A stretch of 64,000 bases of DNA, taken from positions 1,392 through 65,391 of the forward strand of contig CAVYGL010000018.1 of assembly GCA_963767995.1 (NCBI GenBank), written 5' to 3'. Under the pieces are notes generated by a model. The model was not told where the DNA came from and ran no database searches. It saw nothing but the letters and a program-made list of their open reading frames with translations. This document shows positions 43,228-55,265 of this stretch, piece after piece. Each line of letters begins with the position of its first letter. The first letter of the stretch is position 1. This DNA comes from an uncultured Actinomycetota bacterium (lineage in GTDB: Bacteria; Actinomycetota; Actinomycetes; Propionibacteriales; Nocardioidaceae). The position numbers and the translations under genes are program-made.

Positions 43228-43986
43228 CTAGAGCACCTTCGAGAGGAACGACTGCGTCCTCTCGTGCTGCGGGTCGGCCAGCACCTTGCGCGGGTCGCCC
43301 TCCTCGACGATGACGCCGCCGTCCATGAAGACGAGGTTGTCGCCGACCTCGCGGGCGAAGCCCATCTCGTGGGTGACCACCATCATCGTCATGCCCTCGG
43401 CCGCCAGGTCCTTCATGACGGCGAGCACGTCGCCGACCAGCTCGGGGTCGAGCGCCGACGTGGGCTCGTCGAAGAGCATCATGTCCGGGTTCATCGACAG
43501 CGCACGGGCGATCGCCACGCGCTGCGATCTGGCCGCCGGAGCAGGTGCGCCGGGTAGGCGTCCTCCTTCTCGGCGAGGCCCACCTTCTCGAGGTTGGCCC
43601 GCGCGATCTCGATCGCCTCGTCCTTGCTCGCGGCCCTCGACCTTCTCCTGCGCGATGGTGAGGTTGCGCAGCACGGTCATGTGCGGGAAGAGGTTGAACT
43701 GCTGGAAGACGATGCCGATCCGCGCGCGCAGCTTGTCGACGTCGGCGTCGGGGTCGGTGATCTCCTCGCCCTCGACGAAGATCTTGCCGCTCGTCGGCGT
43801 CTCGAGCAGGTTGACGCAGCGCAGCAGGGTGGACTTGCCCGACCCGGAGGGGCCGATCACGCAGACGACCTGGCCGTTGCCGACGTGGAAGTCGATGCCC
43901 TTGAGCACCTCGTTGGCGCCGAAGTACTTGTGCAGGTCCTGGACGTCGATCGCGGCAGCCGTGCGGTCGGTGGTGGGGGTGGTCAT
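43228..43986 (-). CDS. Polar amino-acid ABC transporter ATP-binding protein; compensating indels 43520-43640
   Basis: [29 protein letters not shown]; LSGGQ region garbled. Confidence 0.9.
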   Translation of the reverse strand: MTTPTTDRTAAAIDVQDLHKYFGANEVLKGIDFHVGNGQVVCVIGPSGSGKSTLLRCVNLLETPTSGKIFVEGEEITDPDADVDKLRARIGIVFQQFNLFPHMTVLRNLTIAQEKVEGREQGRGDRDRAGQPREGGPRREGGRLPGAPAPAARSQRVAIARALSMNPDMMLFDEPTSALDPELVGDVLAVMKDLAAEGMTMMVVTHEMGFAREVGDNLVFMDGGVIVEEGDPRKVLADPQHERTQSFLSKVL

Positions 43987-44778
43987 CAGCGGGCCCTCTC
44001 CGAACGGCTCTCCATGCGGCGTACGACGATCGACAGCGGCACCGTGATCAGCAGGTAGCACAGCGCGATCACGATGATCGGGGTCAGGTTCGACGCCGAG
44101 TTCATGCCCTCGCGGCCGAACTTGGTCAGCTCGTAGCCCGACAGCGACAGGCCGAGGATGTAGACGAGCGAGGAGTCCTTGGTGAGCAGGATCAGCTCGT
44201 TGGTCAGCGGCGGCAGGATGATCCGGAACGCCTGCGGGACGACCACGCTGATCATGGCCCGGCCGTGGGACATGCCCGAGCGAGCGCGCGGCCTCCATCT
44301 GGCCCTTCGGCACGGCCTGGATGCCGGCCCGGATGGTCTCGGCCATGTAGGCGCCGCCGACCAGGCCGAGGGCCAGGGTGACGATGCCGAGGTTGCCGAA
44401 CGGGATCTCGTAGGCGGGGAAGGCCAGCCGGAAGCCCACGCTCAGCGCGATGAAGACGACGAGCGCGGGGAGCCCGCGGAAGAGCTCGATGACCGCGGTG
44501 GCGATCCACCGGTAGGGCCCCACGCTCGAGAGGCGCATGAGCGCCAGGACCAGGCCGAGCACCAGGCCGAAGGCGAAGCCGCACGCGGTGTAGATGAGCG
44601 TGTTCTTGAGCGCGATCGTCAGGACCCGGGGGAACTGCTCCTTGACCAGCTCCCAGTTCCAGAACGCCCGCTGGAGCTGGCCCCAGTCGGCGACGAAGGC
44701 GATGACGAGGACGACCGCCACCAGCACGGCGTACTGGGCGTAGCGCCACCGGGCGGCGCGCTGGCGAGGACTCGCCAT
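43986..44778 (-). CDS. Polar amino-acid ABC transporter permease; frameshift near 44280
   Basis: [28 protein letters not shown] then MSHGRAM...PQAFR...KDSSL in the next frame. Confidence 0.9.
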
Positions 44779-44814
44779 GGACTCACATCACCTTCGTCGT
44801 GGGGTCAGGCAGGG

Positions 44815-45604
44815 TCACTCGGCGGGTGCGGTCCCGAACCACTCCTCGTAGACCGCGTCGTACTCGTCGCTCGCGATCCCGTCGTTGATCGCGGCGAGCA
44901 GGTCGTCGTTGCCGTCCTTCTTCACCGAGAAGCCGTAGTCCTCGTCGGTCTGGAACTCGGTGACCACCTCGACCTCGGGGTTCTCGCTGACGAAGTAGTT
45001 GAGCAGGCCGTTGTCGTTGACGCCGGCGTCGACCTGTCCGGTGAGGACCGCCTGCTGCATCAGCGAGGAGTCCTCGAAGGAGATGATCTCGGTGTCCTCG
45101 GGAGCGTTCTCCCGGACGTAGTCGGAGCCGGTCGTGCCGTCCTGCACCGCGACCTTCTTGCCGGCGAGGTCCTCGAGCGAGGTGATGCCCGGCGCCGGTC
45201 TTGGTCATCAGGGCCTGGGTGGCGGTGAAGTAGGGGTCGGTGAAGTCCATGACGGCCTCGCGCTCGGCGTTGATCGTCATCGCCCCGGCCCCCACGTCGC
45301 ACTGGCCGCTGTTGAGCGCCTCGCCCGTCGTGATGGTCTCCCACGCGACGTCGAGGACCTCGGTCTCGAGGTCGTTGGCGTCGGCGGCGATCTCGAGGAC
45401 TCCGGGGTCGAAGCCGACGACCTCGCCGCCCTCGGTGAACTCGAACGGCTCGTAGGGCAGGTGCGTGCAGATGGTCAGCGTGCCCTCCTTGACCAGCTCG
45501 ATCCCCGACTCGGTGGTCGCGGTGGTGTCGTCCTTGGCGCACCCCGCGAGCGAGACGGCGAGGGCGGCGGCGCTGAGGGCGGTGACGAGGCTCCGAGTAT
45601 CCAT
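44815..45604 (-). CDS. Polar amino-acid ABC substrate-binding lipoprotein; frameshift near 45190
   Basis: Lipobox LAGC, YEPFEF, MTINAER, DFTDPY, VQDGTTG. Confidence 0.9.
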
Positions 45605-45644
45605 GCGACCCACCGTAGCCCCACCCTTTGCCACAATGCCTCGC

Positions 45645-46181
45645 GTGCCCACCTACGTCGCGTTCCTCCGCGCCATCAACCTCGGCGCCACGCGCAAGTT
45701 CCCGAAGGACGCCATCAAGGCGGCGACGGAGGCCGCGGGCGGTCGCGACGTGGAGACCTACATCAACACCGGCAACGTCCGGCTGACCCATTCCGCGCGG
45801 TCCGTCGCCAAGGTGCAGGCGGCGCTGGAGAAGGCGTACGCCGCCGAGGCCGGGTTCGAGGTCCCGACGATCGTCTTCACCACCGGCGACCTGGCCGCGC
45901 TCACCGCGCGCGCCGAGGAGCTGCACGCCGAGCACGACCCGGCCGGCCAGCACTACGTGACCCTGTACGCGACGACGCCCACCGCCGCGACGGTCGAGGC
46001 CGTGCACGCGCTCGAGCACGACGGCGAGACCGTCGTCGTCGACGGCCGCGCCGCCTACGTGCTGCTCGACGGCAACATCCACACCTCGAAGCTGCTCGCC
46101 GCGAAGGAGTTCAACGCCCTGGGTCGGGGCACCGCGCGCACCGTCAAGGTGCTGCGCACCGTCACCGAGAAGTGGTGCTGA
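45645..46181 (+). CDS. DUF1697 domain protein
   Basis: YVAFLRAINLG, VETYINTGNV, GTART. Confidence 0.9.
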   Translation: MPTYVAFLRAINLGATRKFPKDAIKAATEAAGGRDVETYINTGNVRLTHSARSVAKVQAALEKAYAAEAGFEVPTIVFTTGDLAALTARAEELHAEHDPAGQHYVTLYATTPTAATVEAVHALEHDGETVVVDGRAAYVLLDGNIHTSKLLAAKEFNALGRGTARTVKVLRTVTEKWC

Positions 46182-46191
46182 GCCCGACCGG

Positions 46192-46767
46192 TCAGGCGAT
46201 CTCGACGCCCGCGCCCGTCATCTCGGTGATGGCGGCCGCCGTGGTGTCCGGGGCGACGCCGGCACACAGGGCAGTGAGCACCCGCGTGGCGAAGCCCTCG
46301 CTCGCACTGTCCAGCGCGGTCGCCCGGACGCAGTGGTCGGTCGCGATGCCGCACACGTCGACGTCGGTGACGTCCCTGGTGCGCAGCCACGCGGCGAGCG
46401 GCTCGCCCGTCGCCGTACGTCCCTCGAAGCCGGAGTACGCCGCCTCGTGCTCGCCCTTGTAGAACACCTCGTCGAAGGGCTGCGGGTCGAGGTTGGGGTG
46501 GAAGCCGGCGCCCTCGGAGCCGACCTTGCAGTGCACCGGCCACGACTCCGCGAAGTCCGGCTTGAGCGACCAGTGGTGTCCCGGGTCGACGTGGTGGTCC
46601 TTGGTCGCGACGACGACGTCGTAGGCCGGCCCGTCCTCGTGGCGCGAGTGCCAGCGGTGCAGCAGCTCGCCGATGTCGGCCGCCACGCGCGCACCCCCGA
46701 CGACCGGGAGCGACCCGCCCTCGCAGAAGTCGTTCTGGACGTCGACCACGATCAGCGCGCGTGTCAT
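46192..46767 (-). CDS. pncA: Nicotinamidase/pyrazinamidase
   Basis: VDVQNDFCEGGSL, WPVHC, KG...AYSGFEG, GIATDHCV. Confidence 0.93.
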   Translation of the reverse strand: MTRALIVVDVQNDFCEGGSLPVVGGARVAADIGELLHRWHSRHEDGPAYDVVVATKDHHVDPGHHWSLKPDFAESWPVHCKVGSEGAGFHPNLDPQPFDEVFYKGEHEAAYSGFEGRTATGEPLAAWLRTRDVTDVDVCGIATDHCVRATALDSASEGFATRVLTALCAGVAPDTTAAAITEMTGAGVEIA

Positions 46768-46776
46768 CTGCCGAGG

Positions 46777-48091
46777 CTAGCGCTCGAAGACCGTCGGGAT
46801 CACCGGCTCCCCGGCCGACATCATCGTGACGGCGCGCGGCAGCTCGGCGAGGGAGGCGCGGTGGCGGGCCCGGGCCTCCTCGAGCGTGGCCCGGCCGACC
46901 ACCTCGCCGGCGCGCACCAGGGGGACCAGGAGTGACCGGTCGCTGGTGCCTGTCGAGTCGGCGTCGTCCTCCGGCGCCTCGCCGATGCCGACGACCTCTG
47001 CCTGGGCGGTCCCGGCGGGGGAGCGGCGGCGCAGGGCGTACTTCCGCCCGCCGACCGACACCTTGTCCAACGACTGCTTCGCGACCGACACCATCTCGCC
47101 GCCGGCGCCCTCGCGCGCGACGAGCTTGTAGACGAAGCCGCAGGTGGGGTGCCCCGAGCCGGTCACCAGCTGGGTGCCCACGCCGTACGCGTCGACGGGT
47201 GCGGCGGCCAGAGCGGCGATGGCGTGCTCGTCGAGGTCGCTGGTGACCACGATCCGGGTCTGCGTGGCACCGAGCTCGTCGAGCTGTGCCCGCACCTCCC
47301 GCGCGACGAGCCCGAGGTCACCGGAGTCGAGCCGGACGGCGCCGAGCCCGGTGCCGGCGACCTCGACGGCCAGCCGCACCGCCTCGGTGACGTCGTAGGT
47401 GTCGACGAGCAGCGTGGTGCCGACCCCGAGGGTCTGCACCTGGGCCCGGAAGGCGTCGGCCTCGTCGTCGTGCAGCAGCGTGAAGGAGTGGGCGGCGGTG
47501 CCCGCGGAGGGGACGCCGTAGCGCTGCCGCGCGGCGAGGTTGCTGGTCGCGTCGAAGCCGGCGACGTACGCCGCCCGCGCCGCGGCCACGGCCGCCTGCT
47601 CGTGCGTGCGGCGCGAGCCCATCTCGATGCAGGGCCGCTCGCCCGCGGCCAGCGTCATCCGCGACGCGGCCGACGCGATGGCGGAGTCGTGGTTGTAGAT
47701 CGACAGCAGCACGGTCTCCAGCAGGACGGCCTCGGCGAAGGTGCCCTCCACGATGAGCAGCGGCGAGTGCGGGAAGTAGGCCTCGCCCTCCGCGTAGCCC
47801 CAGACGTCGCCGGTGAAGCGGTAGCGACGCCAGCCAGTCGAGCATGTCGGGGTCGACGACGCCCTCGAGCGAGGCGATCGCGGCCGCGTCGAAGCGGAAC
47901 GACTCGATCGCGTCCAGTGCGCGGCCGACGCCGGCCACGACGCCGTACCTGCGGCCCTCCGGCAGCCGCCGCGGGAAGAGCTCGAAGACCGACCTGCGGT
48001 CCGCCGTGCCGGACTGGCGGGCGGCCTGCACCATGGTGAGCTCGTAGTGGTCGGTCAGGAGCGCCGCCGAGGCAGGGGATGGGCCGGTCAC
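46777..48091 (-). CDS. pncB: Nicotinate phosphoribosyltransferase; frameshift near 47825
   Basis: [40 protein letters not shown]. Confidence 0.93.
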
Positions 48092-48117
48092 GACCGACAC
48101 TGTGCCACGATGGAGCC

Positions 48118-48414
48118 GTGTCAGCCGCCAGTCCCGTTGAGGTCGAGCCGACCCTGACTCCCGACGAGATCACCTTCCTGGCCAAGCCGTGGGTGACGCT
48201 CGTCTGGGACGATCCGGTGAACCTCATGTCCTACGTGTCCTACGTCTTCCAGACCTACTTCGGCTACGACAAGAAGAAGGCCGAGAAGCTCATGCTGCAG
48301 GTGCACACCGACGGCAAGTCGGCCGTCTCCACCGGCACGCGCGAGGAGATGGAGCGCGACGTGCAGGCCATGCACGAGTACGGCCTGTGGGCGACGATGG
48401 AGAAGGCCACCTGA
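48118..48414 (+). CDS. clpS: ATP-dependent Clp protease adaptor ClpS
   Basis: [24 protein letters not shown]. Confidence 0.95.
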   Translation: MSAASPVEVEPTLTPDEITFLAKPWVTLVWDDPVNLMSYVSYVFQTYFGYDKKKAEKLMLQVHTDGKSAVSTGTREEMERDVQAMHEYGLWATMEKAT

Positions 48415-49008
48415 GTGAGCGGCTTCGAGCACCACCGCAAGTCCGGACGCGTCATCGCCACCTTCAGCGGCTTCGAGGCCGATCTCCTGAGGTCGCTGGC
48501 CTCGCAGATGGTCGAGCTGCTCCGCAACGAGCGGGCCGAGCCCCCCGGGCCGTCGGACGACCCCTTCGAGGCGCTGATGACGGAGTTCTCCGGGGCGACC
48601 ACGATCCCGGACGACCCGGTGCTGGCGCGGCTCTTCCCGACGGCGTACCCCGACGACGAGGAGGCGGCCTCGGACTTCCGCCGTTTCACCGAGGGCGCCC
48701 TGCGCGACGGCAAGGCCGCAGCGTCGGGGCTGCTCATCGACACCCTCGAGGATGCCGGGCTCCCGCCCGAGCTGAAGGAGGAGGGGCTCGTCATCGACGT
48801 CGAGCTCACCCGCGCCGAGGCGGAGACCTGGATGCGCGCCTTCACCGACATCCGGCTCGCCCTGGCCACCCGGCTCGGGGTCGAGGCCGGCGACGAGGAC
48901 TACTGGCACGCGCTGCCGGACGACGACCCGCGCGCCCAGGCGCACGACATCTACGAGTGGGTCGGCTACCTCCAGGAGACGGTGATCGAGGCGCTGACCG
49001 GCCGATGA
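48415..49008 (+). CDS. DUF2017 domain protein (Rv1332-like)
   Basis: DPVLARLFP.AY, FRRFTE, RLALATRL, YEW.GYLQE; follows clpS. Confidence 0.9.
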   Translation: MSGFEHHRKSGRVIATFSGFEADLLRSLASQMVELLRNERAEPPGPSDDPFEALMTEFSGATTIPDDPVLARLFPTAYPDDEEAASDFRRFTEGALRDGKAAASGLLIDTLEDAGLPPELKEEGLVIDVELTRAEAETWMRAFTDIRLALATRLGVEAGDEDYWHALPDDDPRAQAHDIYEWVGYLQETVIEALTGR

Positions 49009-50212
49009 GCCCGATCCCCGACTTCGTCGTCGAGATGCGGCAGAAGATCGGGCACGACCCGCTGTGGCTGCCCGGCGTCACTGCGGTCGTATCCGGCGCG
49101 GCGACCAGTCCTGCTGGTCAAGCGCTCCGACAACGGCCACTGGACGCCGGTCACCGGGATCGTCGACCCCGGGGAGGAGCCCGCCGTCGCTGCCGCGCGT
49201 GAGGCGTCGGAGGAGACCGGCGTGCGGATCCGGGTGGACCGGCTCGCCTCGACCGCCGTCCACGGCGAGATCACGCTACGACAACGGCGACCGCGCCACC
49301 TACCTCGACCTCACCTTCGCCTGCACCTGGCTCGAGGGCGAGGCCCACGTCGCCGACGACGAGTCGAGCGAGGTGCGCTGGTGGCCGCTGGCCTCCCTCC
49401 CACCGATGACCGACCTCATGCTCGGCCGGATCGAGGCGGCGACGAGCGACGAGCGCGAGGCACGGTTCGTCGCACCTGATGGGCAGGACGACCTCGCGCC
49501 GCCGGTCCTCCTCGCGCCGTACGCACCGGTGCTCGGCGTCGACGCCTGTCCCGCCGGCTGGGTCGGCGTCGTGCTCGACCCCGACCGGCGGGCGTCGGTC
49601 TTCGTCGCCGCCACGATCACGGAGCTCGTCGGCCTCGTCCGCGAGACCCACGACGTCGCCGTGGTCGCCGTCGACATCCCGATCGGCCTGCCCGACACCA
49701 GCGGCCGGCTGGCCGACGCCGAGGCCCGCCGCGTCCTCGTCGGCAAGTCCTCGTCGGTCTTCTCGACCCCCGTGCGGGCCGCGCTCGAGGCGCCGTCCTA
49801 CGAGGCCGGCCGGGCGGCCAACCTGGCCGCGACCGACGGCCGCACCAGCGTCAGCGCCCAGGCGTACGCCCTGCGCGAGAAGGTGCTCGAGGTCGACGAC
49901 TGGGTGCGCGGCCGGCCCGGCGCCGAGGTGATCGAGGTGCACCCCGAGGTCAGCTTCGCGCGGATGGCCGGCTCGCCGATCCTGGCGCGCAAGAAGGACC
50001 CGGACGGCGTACGCGCCCGGCGGGACGCCCTCTCCGCGCACGGGATCGTGGCGCCGCCGTGGTTCCGCGGAGCGGGGTTCGGCGAGGACGACCTGCTCGA
50101 CGCGTGTGCGGTCGCGTGGACGGCCGTCCGCCACTCGCTCGGGGTGTCCGAGTCGTTCCCGGAGGCCCCGGAGGTCTTCTCCGACGGGATTCCCGCAGCG
50201 ATCTGGGCCTGA
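49005..50212 (+). CDS. NUDIX hydrolase-DUF429 fusion; frameshifts near 49095-49110 and 49275
   Basis: Nudix box GIVDPGEEPAVAAAREASEETG; C-terminal GVDAC, VDIPIG, EVHPE, DDLLDA. Confidence 0.8.
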
Positions 50213-50216
50213 GGCG

Positions 50217-51470
50217 TCAGCCGGAGTGCGTGAGCACGCCGTAGCGCTCGCGCGAGGCGAGGGCCCAGCGGGAGGCCGGCACCGAGACCAGCGCGATGGC
50301 CAGCATCAGGCCCGCCAGGACGAGCCATCCGGTCTCGCCCATCTCGACGCAGAGCAGGGTCACGACCGGCGGGCCGACGACGGCCATCACGCTGAACCCG
50401 AGGCCGGCGAAGCCCTGGTACTGGCCCTGCCGCTCGTGCGGTGCGAGGCCCATCTGCAGGCCCCACTGGCCGCCGGAGCCGATCATCTCGCCGACCACGT
50501 GGAGCAGGGAGCCTGCGACGAGCACGACGATGGCGAACGTCGCGTCGCCTCGGTCGGCGAGGGCCACCACGGCGAAGCCGGCGGCGATCCAGACCGCGCC
50601 GCGCACCAGGGCGCGGGCGCCGGCCTCGACCGAGTCGGCGCGTCGTGAGAGGCGTACCTGGAAGAACGCCACGCACGCGGTGTTGATGATCAGCAGCACG
50701 GCGACCATCACCGGGGGAGCCGACGTGCGCTGGGAGATGTAGAGCGCGAGCCCGAGCTCCATCACGAAGAAGTGGAGCGAGAAGAGCCCGGTGATCGTGA
50801 CGATGACGACGTAGGGCCAGTCGCGCAGCACCGCCATCCGCGGCTCGCCCTCGATGCGGACGTACGCCGGCATGTCGGGGAGCCGCGTGGAGTTCCAGGC
50901 GGCGAAGCCGGTGAAGACGGCGTTGATCAGGAAGACCGCGACGTACGCCCAGGACTCGTCGATCACGAGCGCGGCGCCGCCGAAGACCGAGCCGAGGCCG
51001 ATCGCGGTGTTGGTGACCGCACGGAGGTACGCCTTGAAGAGCACCCCGCGCCCACCGGTGGCGAGCTGCGCGATGACGCCCTGCTGCACGGAGCCGGCAG
51101 AGCGCTCGAAGAAGGCGAGGAGCGCGAGGAGCAGGGCCAGCTGCCACGGCGTACGCGCGAGCACCGGCAGCGCGCTGGTGAGCGCGGCGCCGACCATGCA
51201 GAGCGTCAGCACCCGGCGCGGGCCGCGGGTGTCGCCGAGGTGGCCCGCAGGCACCTGCACGACGATGCCCACGATCGCGGCGACCGACAGCGCGACGGCG
51301 ACCTCGGCGGCGGAGAAGCCGACCTGCCGGGTGAAGTAGAGCGCACTCGTCGTCATCACCGCGCCGGCGCCGAACCGGTTCGCGAACGACCCGAGGGCGA
51401 GGACCCGCAGGTCGCGCTCGAGGGGGATCCCGCGGCGCGTGAGCGGCGCCTGCACCTGCGGCAACGACAT
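50217..51470 (-). CDS. MFS transporter
   Basis: About 12 TM, GHLGDTRGPRR motif A. Confidence 0.9.
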   Translation of the reverse strand: MSLPQVQAPLTRRGIPLERDLRVLALGSFANRFGAGAVMTTSALYFTRQVGFSAAEVAVALSVAAIVGIVVQVPAGHLGDTRGPRRVLTLCMVGAALTSALPVLARTPWQLALLLALLAFFERSAGSVQQGVIAQLATGGRGVLFKAYLRAVTNTAIGLGSVFGGAALVIDESWAYVAVFLINAVFTGFAAWNSTRLPDMPAYVRIEGEPRMAVLRDWPYVVIVTITGLFSLHFFVMELGLALYISQRTSAPPVMVAVLLIINTACVAFFQVRLSRRADSVEAGARALVRGAVWIAAGFAVVALADRGDATFAIVVLVAGSLLHVVGEMIGSGGQWGLQMGLAPHERQGQYQGFAGLGFSVMAVVGPPVVTLLCVEMGETGWLVLAGLMLAIALVSVPASRWALASRERYGVLTHSG

Positions 51471-51557
51471 GGACTTCCCCCGTGAACTCTCTCGACGTCA
51501 AGGTTATGCGTTGAGACGTGGCGGGGTCACATCGGTTGGCGACCTACGCTGGTCGAC

Positions 51558-52024
51558 GTGCTGACCCTCGCCCAGGAGACCTACGACGCGATCGTGGCGC
51601 ACGCCAGGCGCGACCACCCCGACGAGGCGTGCGGCGTCGTCGCCGGCCCCGAGGGCAGCGACCGCGCCGAGCGGTTCATCCCGATGGTCAACGCCGCGGG
51701 CAGCCCGACGTTCTACGAGTTCGACTCGACCGAGCTGCTCGCGCTCTACCGGGACATGGACGCCCGCGACGAGGAGCCGGTGGTCGTCTACCACTCCCAC
51801 ACCGCGACCGAGGCCTACCCGAGCCGCACCGACATCGGGCTGGCGAGCGAGCCGAACGCCCACTACGTGCTCGTCAGCACACGTGACTGCTTCAGCGAGG
51901 ACGGGGGGAATAGTGACGGCCCCGTGGAGTTCAGGTCCTACAGAATCGTCGACGGCGTCGTGACCGAGGAAGATGTCACGATCACGCCCACCGCAGAGAC
52001 ACCCACGAGAGCGAGCACCCCCTG

Positions 52025-52025
<1 letters not shown>
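51558..52025 (+). CDS. mec: JAMM/MPN CysO-cysteine peptidase
   Basis: PDEACG, YHSHTATEAYPSRTD. Confidence 0.92.
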
Positions 52026-53256
<1,231 letters not shown>

Positions 53257-53285
53257 CCCGGACACAGGCGGTGGATCGACGTTGG

Positions 53286-53323
53286 TTGTCGGTGGATTCG
53301 CCTATAATCAAACACATGATCGA
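53286..53323 (+). promoter_or_regulatory. RecA-NDp/PafBC-type promoter with overlapping LexA-like box
   Basis: TTGTCGGTG-N8-TATAAT (53286-53308); TCAAACacatGATCGA (53308-53323) versus TCGAAC-N4-GTTCGA. Confidence 0.75.
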
Positions 53324-54712
53324 GACGCTGGAGCAGGTGGGAGAGAGGGTCGAAGACGACCTCTCGGCCTCCGCCCTGCTCGCGCTCGCTCGTGACCGCA
53401 AGGCCGCCGAGGACCAGGCAGCCGCGGAGCTCCTCGAGGTCGCCGCCCGCTGGGCCGACCTCCACCCACCCGAGTCCATCCACACCGCCGCCGCGTTCAC
53501 CGTCCCCGGCTGCGAGCACGAGGAACCCATCGCCGGTCCCGGTTGCCCGCTCGTCGCGGAGTTCTGCATCGCCGAGCTCGGCGCCGTCCTCGGCATCTCG
53601 TCCACGGCGGCGAAGAAGCTCATCGGCCACGCCCTCGAGCTGCGCCACCGCCTCCCGCGCCTCTGGGCGCAGGTCCACGCCGGTGCCGTGCCGTCCTGGC
53701 GGGCCCGGCTCGTCGCCGAGACCACCATCCACACCTCGCCCGCGCTGACCGTCGACGCGGCGCGTTGGATCGACTCGCAGGTCGCTGCCGTCGCCGGGCG
53801 GATCGGCACCGCGCAGCTCGACCGGCTCGTCGCCGAGACCATCAAGCGGTACGACCTCGCTGCTGCGGATCCGGCTGCCGATCCGGAGGACGGCTACCTC
53901 TCCGTCGACCCGCGCCACGTCACCGTCAACCGCGACGACGTCCACTACGCCGGCACCCTGCACGTCGAGGCGGAGCTGGACATCGCCGACGCCCTCGACC
54001 TCGATGGTGCCCTCGCCCACGGCGCCGCGGCGCAGAAGGCACTCGGCTCGACCGAGTCGCTCGACGTACGCCGCGCGAAGGCCCTCGGGGACCTCGCCCG
54101 CACCCAGACCGCGCTCGACCTGTTCAGCCAGGGCTCCACCGGCACCCGCGACGGCGAACGGGCTGCCGGCCGCCCGGGAAGTCGTCGTCCACGCCCACTT
54201 CGACGCCTCAGTCGTCGGCGAGCAGACGGTGTTCGGCCCGACCGGCCGCATGGAGCAAGGCCAGCGGCTGGTCCTGCTCGACCAGATCAAGAGCTGGTGC
54301 GGCGACTCCCGGACTGTGGTCACCATCAAGCCCGTCATCGACCTCACCGCCGAGCTCTCGACCCCGGCGTACGAGGTCCCCGACCGGATCCGCGAACAGA
54401 TCGTTCTCCGCGACCGCACCTGCGTGTTCCCGTGGTGCACCCGACCCGCCCGGCGCTGCGACGTCGACCACATCACCGAGTACGACCACGACGCCGCAGC
54501 CGAGGGCAGACCACAACCCGGACCGACCACGACCTCGAACCTCGCCGCGCTCTGTCGCTACCACCACCGGCTCAAGACCTTCACCGCCTGGCACTACCGC
54601 ATGGTCGCGCCCGGAGTCTTCGAGTGGACCTCGCCTCACGGCCACCGCTACCGACGCGACCGAGACCGGCACCACCCGGACCGACGAACCCGAGCCACCC
54701 GACCGACATTGA
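53316..54712 (+). CDS. DUF222 (13E12-repeat family) HNH endonuclease; frameshifts near 54160 and 54667
   Basis: AELGAVLG...LELRHRLPRLW; RDRTCVFPWC...CDVDH...NLAALCRYHHRLKT. Confidence 0.88.
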
Positions 54713-54724
54713 CCCCGCCCCACA

Positions 54725-54749
54725 CCCCGCCGAGCTGACGCCGGCGGGG
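54725..54749 (+). terminator. Hairpin 3' of the HNH gene
   Basis: CCCCGCCG-agctgacgc-CGGCGGGG. Confidence 0.5.
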
Positions 54750-54819
54750 CGACAGGCATGTCACGGCACGCTCATCGCGGCAGTTGGCGGACGCTGTGCT
54801 CAGCAGCGACGATCCGGCC

Positions 54820-55185
54820 ATGGACTTCTTCTGGCCAGCCGAGGACGCGGCAGCAGTCGTGCGCTCGCGCTTCGACAGGACGAACTGGCAGGCGCGGGTG
54901 GTGGCCTATCGGCCCGTGGAGGTCACGACGGACGGGAGCGACCTGGTGGTCGTCTTCTGCTACCGGGGGCTCCCCGAGTTGTTTGCAGTCCGGTTCACCC
55001 TCGCTCTCATGCCTGAGGGACCACAGACCGGCGAGGTGTGCGAGTCCCTGAACGAGTGGGCGCAAGAGGTTGACTGGGTTCTCGACGAGGAGCTGAACTC
55101 CTGCATGGTGGAGACAGCCGAGCGGACTGTGGCAGACGACGGGGTGCTCTTCCTTCGATGGAGAAACCCGTTGGGTATCCGCTGA
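54820..55185 (+). CDS. Acidic orphan protein with atypical codon usage
   Basis: 121-codon ORF, ATG 6 nt after GACGAT, many A/T-ending codons, followed by a hairpin at 55210-55231. Confidence 0.6.
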   Translation: MDFFWPAEDAAAVVRSRFDRTNWQARVVAYRPVEVTTDGSDLVVVFCYRGLPELFAVRFTLALMPEGPQTGEVCESLNEWAQEVDWVLDEELNSCMVETAERTVADDGVLFLRWRNPLGIR

Positions 55186-55265
55186 GCACTCGACCGGGCC
55201 AACGCGGGGTGCCCGCGCATCGGTGCGGGCGCAGGCGGTCAACGCAACACGTCTAGGCTCCCGCC

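Noticed and set aside
43228-44778. Permease-ATPase fusion (516 aa)
   Set aside because: A frameshift near 44280 joins two normal genes; the true permease C-terminus is in the 43986-44273 frame.
53271-55016. 581-aa ORF extending the HNH gene into the orphan region
   Set aside because: It reads off-frame after about 54160; the HNH domain lies in the 54004-54738 frame.
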